Part shown: positions 1-8,155 of the stretch, one piece after another
Layout of the letters: each line of letters begins with the position of its first letter
Position numbering within the stretch: position 1 is the stretch's first letter
NCBI RefSeq assembly: GCF_000017845.1
Contig: NC_010546.1
Location: forward strand, 3,690,001-3,722,000
DNA length: 32,000 bases
Direction: 5' to 3'
DNA from: Crocosphaera subtropica ATCC 51142
Lineage (GTDB): Bacteria; Cyanobacteriota; Cyanobacteriia; Cyanobacteriales; Microcystaceae
Notes under the pieces: model-generated
Told to the model about the DNA's origin: nothing
The model's input: only the letters and a program-made list of their open reading frames with translations
The model's database searches: none
Translations under genes and position numbers: made by a program

Positions 1-2
1 AA

Positions 3-545
3 ATGGGTGATAGGGATTTTAGTTATCTAGATTTAAGTGGACTTAACTTGGAAAATATGAATCTCAAAGGAGCCAATTTACAGGGTTCCAATTTAAAAGG
101 AACTAATCTTGAGAATGCCAATTTAAAAGGAACCAATCTTATTAATTGTAATTGTTATCGAGTTAATCTTTATAAGGCTAATTTAAGTGATATTGACTTA
201 AGTTATGCCAACTTAAAAGAAGGTAATTGTCATCGAACACGAATAGAAAATGCTTGTCTAGATTATGTTTGTTTAGAGCGTACGGATTTCAGTGAAGCTT
301 ATGTCAAAACAGTGTCGGTACGGTGTGCTAGATTTTACAAAACTGATTTAACGGATGCTACTTTAATTGATGTTAATTTAACACAAGCTTATGTCTCTGA
401 AATTTATTATAGTAAACTCACACGATTAACCAATTGCTTTAAAACCGAGAAATCTGATTTGTTTGAGTTTTTAAACAAGTATAGTATGCAGCATGACAAT
501 GGTATGGATACTACTTTAGATGAGCTACAATTAAACTTTTTCTAA
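3..545 (+). CDS. pentapeptide-repeat protein (start may lie upstream of the window)
   Basis: Translation is a run of A(D/N)LXX-type pentapeptides (LSGLNLENMNLKGANLQGSNLKGTNLENANLKGTNL...). The ORF opens at the window edge. Confidence 0.8.
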   Translation: MGDRDFSYLDLSGLNLENMNLKGANLQGSNLKGTNLENANLKGTNLINCNCYRVNLYKANLSDIDLSYANLKEGNCHRTRIENACLDYVCLERTDFSEAYVKTVSVRCARFYKTDLTDATLIDVNLTQAYVSEIYYSKLTRLTNCFKTEKSDLFEFLNKYSMQHDNGMDTTLDELQLNFF

Positions 546-928
546 GTTGCTTATTACTGACATCTTGCACGAGTACATAAAAACTCAATAATAAACTATA
601 GATAATCTATTCTCAAGTAGTTACCGTGAAAATAAACTCTGTTATCTAACATTAAAAGATTGAGTGTCCCAACTGAAATAGACTTGCTATATAAGGAAAT
701 TTATAGATAACTTATCAAAAACCCTAATGCCCTCGTAAAAAAAATCTTAACTCCGTTGCGTAGCACGATGTAGTGGTACTCTGAACCCCGAACTCAGGTT
801 AATTAAGTCTCTAGTAACTTTTGAGAATTGGTATCAGGTGAGATTAGGCTTTTGTACAAAAAATTGTTAAAATACTGGAAAGACTGTAACAGTCAGATTT
901 CTCAGAACTTTTCTAGTGACTAAGATCC

Positions 929-1255
929 ATGAGTAAGAGACTATCCACAGGCATTCAAGGGATGGCCACTTCAACTTCAACTGCGCCTAAAGGATCAACA
1001 GTTATTGATCGCAAACCCTATCCTAACTATAAGGTAATTGTCCTCAATGACGATTTTAACACCTTTAATCATGTGGCCAATTGTTTGATGAAATATATTC
1101 CTGGGATGAGTAGTGATCGGGCTTGGGAACTCACCGAACAAGTGCATTTTGAAGGGTTAGCCATTGTCTGGACCGGACCCCAAGAGCAAGCAGAATTGTA
1201 CCATCAACAACTACGTCGTGAAGGGTTGACCATGGCCCCACTGGAGGAAGCATAA
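929..1255 (+). CDS. clpS: ATP-dependent Clp protease adaptor ClpS
   Basis: The core YKVIVLNDDFNTFNHVANCLMKYIPGMSSDRAWELTEQVHFEGLAIVWTGPQEQAELY is the canonical ClpS fold signature. Size is about 100 aa. Confidence 0.9.
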   Translation: MSKRLSTGIQGMATSTSTAPKGSTVIDRKPYPNYKVIVLNDDFNTFNHVANCLMKYIPGMSSDRAWELTEQVHFEGLAIVWTGPQEQAELYHQQLRREGLTMAPLEEA

Positions 1256-1258
1256 ATT

Positions 1259-1549
1259 ATGACCCAAGGGGACAAAGGAAGGTTAGTCTGGAATCATTCC
1301 ACTCATCTTGATGGGTTAATTCCTGTGCTAGAAAAGCTGATTAATTATACAGGGATTAATACTATTACTCCAGGGGTAATAGGTCGTGCTAAAGGTCATT
1401 GTCCCCATTTAAAACTAAGGGTTTCTGTTCCCATTCGGGGTGGTTATAAGGCGATCGCTCGACAAGGGAAAACGGTGCAAGAAGTTTTTATTGTAACCGA
1501 TTTAAGTCAAAAAGAATTAGAATCTGCCATCAAACAAGTTTTAAGTTAA
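1259..1549 (+). CDS. conserved small hypothetical protein (possibly DUF2103-like, recalled from memory), co-transcribed with clpS
   Basis: 96-aa ORF starting 3 nt after the clpS stop, with coding-like composition. Contains a CPH motif (GHCPHLKLRVSVPIRGG). Confidence 0.6.
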   Translation: MTQGDKGRLVWNHSTHLDGLIPVLEKLINYTGINTITPGVIGRAKGHCPHLKLRVSVPIRGGYKAIARQGKTVQEVFIVTDLSQKELESAIKQVLS

Positions 1550-1632
1550 ATGTAATAAAATACAAATTTCGGGCAGGTAGCAACCAAGAATTGTAATACA
1601 ATTGGTTAGTTTCTTGTTGTGCTATCAGCTTT

Positions 1633-3585
1633 ATGAATCTAAAAAAATATATCTATTTTTTGTGTATTTTATTATTATTGGCATTTTTATTGTTTTTTCA
1701 TCCTTTCCCTGTTTTAGCTGATGTCGAAAGGGTGAGTTTAACGCCTGAATTGCTTCAAAAAAAAATAAAGTCACCTCAACTTCAAGAGGGTATTTTAACC
1801 CTTGATTTAACCTATTTAGAGATTGATTTAACAGCAGATAATAACGAATTTAAAGAAGAATTTTATCATCAATTACAAAATTACCTAAACCATTCTGATA
1901 AAGCCATTGGTTTAGATTTTACTCATTCTTTAATTAAAGGTGATTTAATGAGTAGTCGTTTAGGGATTTCAACGGTACTTTCTCCAGAAGCTTTACCGCA
2001 GAATTTAACGAAAACTGAACGAGAAATCATAGAATCTAATCCGCAATTTTCTAATCAATCTATAGAACCGATGAATTCAGTTATTTTATTTCGTGGAGCA
2101 TTGAAATTGAACGAATCAAAAATTACGGGTATTATTGATTTTTCTAATACTTTTTTTTTACAAAAAATTGAATCTAAAAATATCAATGTAACTAAAGCAA
2201 TTGATTTTAATAATGTTCAATTTAGTAGAAAAATTGATTTTAGTGGGTCAGCATTTAAAGAAAATGCAAACTTTAATGGTACTCAATTTCAAGAACAAGT
2301 CAAATTCAATAAAGTTCAGTTTTTAGGAGAGTCAATTTTTAATTATAGCCAATTTAAACAATCGGCTGATTTTAGTGAAGTTATTTTCAATAAAGTTGTC
2401 AATTTTAGTCATACTTCTTGGTCAGACACAACTAAATTTATCAGTATTAATTGTCGTGATCGCATTTTATTTTCTAATAGTATTTTTTCTGGTTTAGTCA
2501 GTTTCGCTAATTCTACTTTTGAGAAAAGTATTATATTTCGTAATGTTTATTTTAGAAATACCGTTAACCTAAAAGATGTTAAATTATTGGGGATTATGGA
2601 CTTTAGTAATGCTGAATTCTTAAAAGATAAAGCCATTAATATTGCTGGTTTTGCCTTTGATTCTGATGGGTCTAAAGTTTTAGGAAATACAGGAGAAATT
2701 GCTCGATTTATGTACCTCAATAGTATAGAAGGAAATGAAACAGTGTTAAGAAATTTTATTCAAAATTTCCGTGACTCGGAACAGATTCCTGATGCCAACC
2801 AATTAGAATATAAAAAACAGAAGTTAACGAAACAACAATTATCTGAAAAAATTATTCAAACCCCCTATCAAGATTATTGGAGACTTAGCTTTATTCAACA
2901 AGTAGGTCATTGGCTATTATTAAATATTTTATTATTATTGAGTCAATATGGCACTAATTTTAGTTTACTGTTAGGGGTGGGTTTAATTTCTATTGGTTAT
3001 TTTGGGGTTTTATTTTGGTTTGTAGATCGGTGGCGAAGACGCTTACCAAAACCAATTGTTCCTAATCTTTACGATATAATTTGTATGGTGAGTAGTGGCT
3101 CATCTTTATTGGTTATAGGAACCATAGAAATCTTTAATTCTGCGGAATATCCTTTCATTACTTTACTCTGTTTAAGTTTGATTTTAATTCCCATTCCTTT
3201 ATCTTTAGTAAGTTTAATGTACGAAAAAGGAAGGTATCATGACTTGATGGAAAGTTCTTATTTTCTATTAGATGGAGGGTTCCGACAATTACAATTATTA
3301 ATTGTTCGTTTACCGATTATTCCTGAATTTCATTTTTTCCGCGATCGCTTTACACCTTTAGTATGGGAAAGACGTTGGAATTGGTTAAATTATTATGATT
3401 TTAGTTTAAACAATTTTCTTAAATTGGGGTTTAATGATATTCGACTACGAGATCAACATCTTCCTGGTTTTGTCTCTACTTTAGTCTGGTATCAATGGAT
3501 ATTAGGAATACTTTATATTGCCTTATTATTTTGGACCCTTTCTCGAACCATTCCAGGGTTAAATCTATTAATTTATTTGAAATAA
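1633..3585 (+). CDS. signal-peptide pentapeptide-repeat protein with C-terminal polytopic membrane domain
   Basis: N-terminal hydrophobic signal (LCILLLLAFLLFFHPFPVLA|DV). The central part has about 40 Phe-centred pentapeptides (IDFSNTFFLQKIESK...VQFSRKIDFSGSAFKENANFNGTQFQEQVKFNKVQF). The C-terminal 230 aa or so contain 4-6 hydrophobic helices. Confidence 0.75.
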   Translation: MNLKKYIYFLCILLLLAFLLFFHPFPVLADVERVSLTPELLQKKIKSPQLQEGILTLDLTYLEIDLTADNNEFKEEFYHQLQNYLNHSDKAIGLDFTHSLIKGDLMSSRLGISTVLSPEALPQNLTKTEREIIESNPQFSNQSIEPMNSVILFRGALKLNESKITGIIDFSNTFFLQKIESKNINVTKAIDFNNVQFSRKIDFSGSAFKENANFNGTQFQEQVKFNKVQFLGESIFNYSQFKQSADFSEVIFNKVVNFSHTSWSDTTKFISINCRDRILFSNSIFSGLVSFANSTFEKSIIFRNVYFRNTVNLKDVKLLGIMDFSNAEFLKDKAINIAGFAFDSDGSKVLGNTGEIARFMYLNSIEGNETVLRNFIQNFRDSEQIPDANQLEYKKQKLTKQQLSEKIIQTPYQDYWRLSFIQQVGHWLLLNILLLLSQYGTNFSLLLGVGLISIGYFGVLFWFVDRWRRRLPKPIVPNLYDIICMVSSGSSLLVIGTIEIFNSAEYPFITLLCLSLILIPIPLSLVSLMYEKGRYHDLMESSYFLLDGGFRQLQLLIVRLPIIPEFHFFRDRFTPLVWERRWNWLNYYDFSLNNFLKLGFNDIRLRDQHLPGFVSTLVWYQWILGILYIALLFWTLSRTIPGLNLLIYLK

Positions 3586-3621
3586 ACTATAATTAAAGTA
3601 ACTTGAAAGGGATAGATTAAT

Positions 3622-4242
3622 ATGACTTTAGCATTATTAAGTGACTATTTCCCCCTGGAATTAGAAAAAGGCGATCGTGAAGAAAAGTTTATTACCTCTG
3701 GTGTAACTTGGCAAGCTTATGAATCATTGCTGACATCGTTAGGTAATAGTTCTGGTTATCGTGTTGCTTATTTATTAGAAACCTTAGAAATTATGTCTCC
3801 TAGTCGCAATCACGAATTAGATAAAAAAAATATTGGTAGATTATTAGAAGTTTATCTAGAAGAGAAACGTATTCGTTTCTGGGGTTTGGGTTCAATGACA
3901 ATTAAAAGCGAAGATAAACAAGCTGGAAAAGAACCAGATGAATGTTATTGTATCGGTACAGATAAAGAGATTCCTGATTTAGCTATTGAAGTTGTTTATA
4001 CTAGCGGTGGTGTAGATACCCTAGAAATTTATCGACGTTTGGGTGTGATAGAAGTGTGGTTTTGGCAAAATGAACAATTTACTATTTACTGTTTAGAGAA
4101 TGATAGTTATCAAGTCAAATCTAACAGTCAATTATTACCTAATCTTGATCTCAATTTAATGGCAGAATATGTAACAATAAATGATCCTTTAGAAGCGATT
4201 ACTCAATGGCGTAAACAAGTTAAAGATAACACCAATTCTTAA
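3622..4242 (+). CDS. Uma2-family (DUF820) PD-(D/E)XK putative endonuclease
   Basis: Motifs LEIMSPSRNH ... EPDECYCIG ... PDLAIEVVYTSGG ... YRRLGVIEVWFW match the Uma2/DUF820 pattern that is abundant in cyanobacteria. Confidence 0.8.
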   Translation: MTLALLSDYFPLELEKGDREEKFITSGVTWQAYESLLTSLGNSSGYRVAYLLETLEIMSPSRNHELDKKNIGRLLEVYLEEKRIRFWGLGSMTIKSEDKQAGKEPDECYCIGTDKEIPDLAIEVVYTSGGVDTLEIYRRLGVIEVWFWQNEQFTIYCLENDSYQVKSNSQLLPNLDLNLMAEYVTINDPLEAITQWRKQVKDNTNS

Positions 4243-4427
4243 AAGTTATTCAAGTCATTGAGAGGGGTAATATAAACAGCAAGGTTTAATTGTCACTAAA
4301 AATACCCCGAAGCAATCTATAATAACAGCCAACAGAAACATAAAGATTACTTCAGGGGATAATGATTATAAATCAGACTATAGTAATTCTTCACCCCCTC
4401 GCAATGACAATCAAGAAATATTAAAAA

Positions 4428-4838
4428 TTACTTGTTATTATATTCTTCAAGAATAGCGATTAATTCGTCTAATCTGTCTATTTTATTTTTAGTTTCAGTT
4501 ATATTTTTATCAATACTTCGTTGAGTTTCTTCTAAATTCTTTTTAACACTTTGTGCTAATCCCTCAACCGAGATATTCTTAGTTTTGATATCAAGTCCTT
4601 TTTCTTCATGCCAATTGACAGAAAAATGAGAATAACTGGATATAATTTTACGACCATGTTTGATTTGAAATTCAGCAATTCCTTGCTCTTTTATGATCTT
4701 TCTAAAAAGTTCAATTGCTTCTTTATTTTTAGTTTCTGGAATATCTTTTAAACTTTGATATTTTTTATCCTTAGTAAAGATACTTTTAATTAAATCAAGA
4801 ATTGACTCTAATAATTCTCTAAAACACATGGTTAACAA
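4428..4838 (-). CDS. hypothetical K/E-rich, coiled-coil-prone protein
   Basis: 136-codon open frame in very AT-rich DNA. I recognise no family. Confidence 0.45.
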   Translation of the reverse strand: MLTMCFRELLESILDLIKSIFTKDKKYQSLKDIPETKNKEAIELFRKIIKEQGIAEFQIKHGRKIISSYSHFSVNWHEEKGLDIKTKNISVEGLAQSVKKNLEETQRSIDKNITETKNKIDRLDELIAILEEYNNK

Positions 4839-4865
4839 TATAACTTTATCTCATTATGAATTTTA

Positions 4866-4927
4866 TAGGGTGGGCAAATTTAAAAATTCTGCGATATCAC
4901 AAGATAGGAAAATTTTTGCCCACCCTA
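4866..4927. repeat. perfect 13-bp inverted repeat (TAGGGTGGGCAAA / TTTGCCCACCCTA) with a 36-nt loop
   Basis: Read directly: arms at 4866-4878 and 4915-4927. It lies between the tatA stop and the start of the next minus-strand ORF. Confidence 0.85.
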
Positions 4928-4936
4928 CGATTTTAA

Positions 4937-5104
4937 TCATTCATTATCAAACTCGTCTTCGTCACTGGGGTTATTAACTTCTTCTTTGAAACCCCTTAAT
5001 GTTTTACCCAAAGATGATCCTAACTCTGGGATTTTTTTCGGACCAAAAATTAACAAAGCAACAATCAAAATAATAGCGACTTCGGGCCATCCTAGTCCAA
5101 ACAT
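4937..5104 (-). CDS. tatA: twin-arginine translocase subunit TatA/E (55 aa; not in the ORF track)
   Basis: Manual minus-strand translation gives MFGLGWPEVAIILIVALLIFGPKKIPELGSSLGKTLRGFKEEVNNPSDEDEFDNE*. This has the canonical TatA N-terminal TM helix, the FGPKKLPELG hinge and an amphipathic helix. Confidence 0.9.
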   Translation of the reverse strand: MFGLGWPEVAIILIVALLIFGPKKIPELGSSLGKTLRGFKEEVNNPSDEDEFDNE

Positions 5105-5206
5105 AGATATCTCCAAAAGTTAAGTTATGTCTGCATTGTGACATTAGGGTACAGTCTTCAGTATATCCTGAGAATACTGTCTTTTGTTGCATCTATATAC
5201 TGACAC

Positions 5207-5947
5207 ATGACTACTGTAAAAACCTCACCCACCACTTTACCTCTACATCCATTAATTCATCAATTAGCTGAGGTTATTATCTCCCATTGGCAAGACTATT
5301 TAGATTTGAGTCCCTACGAGTTACCTGATGGTTTAGGTTATGTAGAAGGGAAATTAGAAGGGGAGAAACTCGTGATTGAAAATCGTTGTTATCAATCTCC
5401 CCAATTTCGTAAAATGCACCTAGAATTAGCTAAAGTGGGGCAAGGCTTAGATATTCTGCACTGTGTCATGTTTCCTAACCCAGACTATGCTTTACCGATG
5501 TTTGGTTGTGATATTGTCGCTGGTAAGGGGGGTGTCAGTGCAGCGATCGCAGATTTATCGCCAGCCAACCCTGAGTTAACTTTATCTAATAGTTACAATC
5601 AAGCGTTATCTCAACTCGAAACTCCTAACTTTTCTGATCAACGAGAGTTACCCGAATGGGGGGATATTTTCTCAGAATATTGTTTATTTATACGTCCCCA
5701 TACGCCAGAAGAAGAAAAACTATTTCTCAAGCGAGTTGGCGACTTTTTAAAAGTTCATTGTCAACAAGCAAACCAGTCTCAACCTGGTTCAACGCAACAA
5801 CGAGAATTTAACATACAAGGTCAAGAATATTATTGTCGTAAGCAACAACAGAACGATAAAACCCGTCGTGTATTGGAGAAAGCCTTTGGGGAAGCCTGGG
5901 CCAATAAATATATGACTCAGGTTCTATTTGATATCCCTAACCATTAA
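5207..5947 (+). CDS. pcyA: phycocyanobilin:ferredoxin oxidoreductase
   Basis: 246 aa with [17 protein letters not shown]...[39 protein letters not shown], typical of PcyA (ferredoxin-dependent bilin reductase family). Confidence 0.9.
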   Translation: MTTVKTSPTTLPLHPLIHQLAEVIISHWQDYLDLSPYELPDGLGYVEGKLEGEKLVIENRCYQSPQFRKMHLELAKVGQGLDILHCVMFPNPDYALPMFGCDIVAGKGGVSAAIADLSPANPELTLSNSYNQALSQLETPNFSDQRELPEWGDIFSEYCLFIRPHTPEEEKLFLKRVGDFLKVHCQQANQSQPGSTQQREFNIQGQEYYCRKQQQNDKTRRVLEKAFGEAWANKYMTQVLFDIPNH

Positions 5948-5954
5948 CTTATGA

Positions 5955-6067
5955 TAGTTAGTAGTTACCAGTTACCAGTCACCAGTTATCAGTTGAATTC
6001 ATTGAATTCGTCATTAATTGTTAGCTGCTGACTGTTGGCTGCTAACTGTTTATTGTTCACTGATGTA
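5955..6067. repeat. two adjacent heptanucleotide tandem arrays (STRR-like)
   Basis: 5955-5996 holds six 7-mers: TAGTTAG TAGTTAC CAGTTAC CAGTCAC CAGTTAT CAGTTGA. 6019-6067 holds seven 7-mers: TGTTAGC TGCTGAC TGTTGGC TGCTAAC TGTTTAT TGTTCAC TGATGTA. Confidence 0.85.
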
Positions 6068-6082
6068 AGGAATTCGTTAATA

Positions 6083-6673
6083 ATGAACGAAAAGGCAAAA
6101 TTACTAGAAACCATTGCAGGAAAAAATAGAGGTTTATTAGCGTCAGAAATGGATCGGGTTAGGGTATTATCAGCCATTGAACAACTAGAAGATCATAATC
6201 CGAATCCTAGTCCAATCAAAACCCCCGAATTATTAGAAGGAAATTGGCGTTTACTATATACTACCAGTAAAGGAATTTTAGGATTAGATCGGTTTCCTGT
6301 GCTTCAATTAGGGCAAATTTATCAATGTATTCGCATTGAAGAAGCTAAACTCTATAATATTGCAGAAATTGTCGGGGTTCCTTTGTTAGAAGGAATTGTT
6401 AGCGTTGCAGCTAGATTTGAAGCGACATCAGATAAAAGAGTTCAAGTTAAATTTGAACGGTATATTGCAGGACTGCAACGGTTATTAGGGTATCAATCCC
6501 CTAGTAAATTAATTAAAGAAATTGAAACAGGAAAAAAGTTTTTTCCGTTAGATTTTAGTCTAGAAAGTCGAGAACAACAAGGATGGTTAGAAATTACCTA
6601 TTTAGACGATGATTTAAGGGTCGGAAGGGGAAACGAAGGAAGTGTTTTTGTATTAGCTAAAGAAAAAAAGTAA
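6083..6673 (+). CDS. PAP/fibrillin-family (plastoglobulin-like) protein
   Basis: KAKLLETIAGKNRGLLASEMDRVRVLSAIEQLEDHNPNPSP...LLEGNWRLLYTTS is the fibrillin N-terminal signature. The start is moved to ATG 6083 because the track start at 6035 reads through the heptamer repeats. Confidence 0.8.
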   Translation: MNEKAKLLETIAGKNRGLLASEMDRVRVLSAIEQLEDHNPNPSPIKTPELLEGNWRLLYTTSKGILGLDRFPVLQLGQIYQCIRIEEAKLYNIAEIVGVPLLEGIVSVAARFEATSDKRVQVKFERYIAGLQRLLGYQSPSKLIKEIETGKKFFPLDFSLESREQQGWLEITYLDDDLRVGRGNEGSVFVLAKEKK

Positions 6674-6845
6674 GATAATTTTTTATCCATTATCAATATT
6701 ACTATCCAATGCTTCCCATCCTTCTCACACTCATTCAACTGAAATATTCACACACCCAATTGAAACCTGTTATAAGATTCCTGTGCGTTTGTCCTCGATT
6801 TCAAGATAAACTACAGTATGATATAAGATTGTTGTTGATATCATT

Positions 6846-7331
6846 ATGAGCGTAGTTAGCCAAGTTATTCTAAAAGCAGACGATGAACTCCGATATCCTA
6901 GCAGTGGCGAACTCAAGGGTATCCAAGCGTTTCTGAGTACCGGGGAACAGCGTGTTCGCATCGCTGAAACCCTCGCTGAAAACGAGAAAAAAATCGTAGA
7001 TCAAGCTCAGAAAAAATTGTTTCAAAAACGCCCTGATTTTCGCTCCCCTGGGGGTAACGCTTACGGTCAAAAGCAGTATAATCAGTGTTTACGAGATTAT
7101 GGCTGGTATTTACGTTTAGTCACCTACGGGGTGTTAGCAGGAAGCAAAGAACCCATTGAAAAAATTGGTTTGATTGGAGTTAAAGAAATGTATAACTCCC
7201 TGAATGTTCCTGTTCCTGGGATGGTAGAAGCCATTCGCTGTCTCAAAGAAGCAGCTTTAGGACTGTTGAACAATGAGGATGCAGCAGAAACTGCACCTTA
7301 CTTTGATTATATGATTCAAACCATGTCCTAA
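6846..7331 (+). CDS. apcD: allophycocyanin alpha-B subunit
   Basis: 161 aa: [24 protein letters not shown]...AENEKKIV...RPDF..PGGNAYG...[19 protein letters not shown]...[10 protein letters not shown]. This is a phycobiliprotein alpha-type sequence, closest by memory to ApcD. Confidence 0.85.
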   Translation: MSVVSQVILKADDELRYPSSGELKGIQAFLSTGEQRVRIAETLAENEKKIVDQAQKKLFQKRPDFRSPGGNAYGQKQYNQCLRDYGWYLRLVTYGVLAGSKEPIEKIGLIGVKEMYNSLNVPVPGMVEAIRCLKEAALGLLNNEDAAETAPYFDYMIQTMS

Positions 7332-7433
7332 CATTGCATTGATGAAACTATAGCACTATATACTTTTGATGGGCGATCTCAGTTAATCTAAACTTAATAC
7401 TGTCCTGATTTTAATGTGTGGTGCCATAGATAC

Positions 7434-7462
7434 AAAAGACACGATTAACTCGTGTCTTTTTT
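7434..7462 (+). terminator. intrinsic terminator downstream of apcD
   Basis: AAAAGACACG-attaact-CGTGTCTTTT followed by TT. It is a 10-bp stem with a U-tract. Confidence 0.8.
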
Positions 7463-7522
7463 GATTGCAAGAAAAATATAAATTTTTTCTCAGAACCAAA
7501 TCTTCATCGTTACAATAAAACT

Positions 7523-8041
7523 ATGGCAAAGTTGATTAGTTTTCCTTTATTTTGCATAGCTATTGTTGTGCTAACCTATGGTTCGTTTGGTTGGTATGTT
7601 GCCCAATCTGCTAGTTTCTGGAGTCATTGGTTAGCTGATCAAGGAGAAACTTGGGGATGGATTTTAGAAGATGAAACTATCTTTTTACTGCTTCATATCT
7701 TAGCAGGAAGTGTAGTTCTCTTAATTACAGCTAGTTTAGCAGCACCGGTTGCTATTATCACCATTCTGTTTGGCAGTAGTTTTAAATCAGATAATAAAGC
7801 GATTATAGCAGTTTTATTGTGGTCGTTTGTGGTGGTTATGATGCTCCGTTGGATTGCTTTTTTTGCTCATTTTCTTTTGTTATTTTCTGCTGCTATTTTA
7901 GCTAAATTAGAATTACAAAAACTAGGGTATCCCCAATGGAAAGTCATGTCTGTTTTGATGATCATCTGTTTAGGAGGATTCACGTTAGGTTTATTGGGTT
8001 CTTACCATTTTGATATTAGAAACTTAATCATCAATTATTAG
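7523..8041 (+). CDS. hypothetical integral membrane protein (4-5 TM)
   Basis: 172-aa ORF made of successive hydrophobic helices. No family recognised. Confidence 0.6.
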   Translation: MAKLISFPLFCIAIVVLTYGSFGWYVAQSASFWSHWLADQGETWGWILEDETIFLLLHILAGSVVLLITASLAAPVAIITILFGSSFKSDNKAIIAVLLWSFVVVMMLRWIAFFAHFLLLFSAAILAKLELQKLGYPQWKVMSVLMIICLGGFTLGLLGSYHFDIRNLIINY

Positions 8042-8155
8042 ATTCAGTAGATCACAAATATCCTCATTTTGGGGTTGCGGAGAAGATAAAATAAAATTAA
8101 ATTGATTTCAAAGTCAAAATTAATCCCAAGGAAGACTTATGAAATTTAGTGTCAA

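Noticed and set aside
781-800. 12-mer AACCTGAGTTCG shared (reverse-complement) between about 789-800 and 21069-21080
   Set aside because: A single 12-nt match between two sites in a 32-kb, two-strand comparison is expected by chance, and the flanks are not similar.
5004-5192. 62-aa minus-strand track ORF
   Set aside because: It overlaps the canonical tatA reading frame (4937-5104) in another frame. It has no recognisable features and its sequence is Cys/Trp-rich and odd.
5989-6177. 62-aa minus-strand ORF, and the 6035 start of the fibrillin ORF
   Set aside because: Both read through the heptanucleotide repeat arrays. The minus ORF is antisense to the fibrillin gene. The fibrillin homology begins at Met 6083.
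6770-7070. Two minus-strand ORFs (6770-6961, 6870-7070)
   Set aside because: They are antisense shadows of apcD, whose identity is unambiguous.
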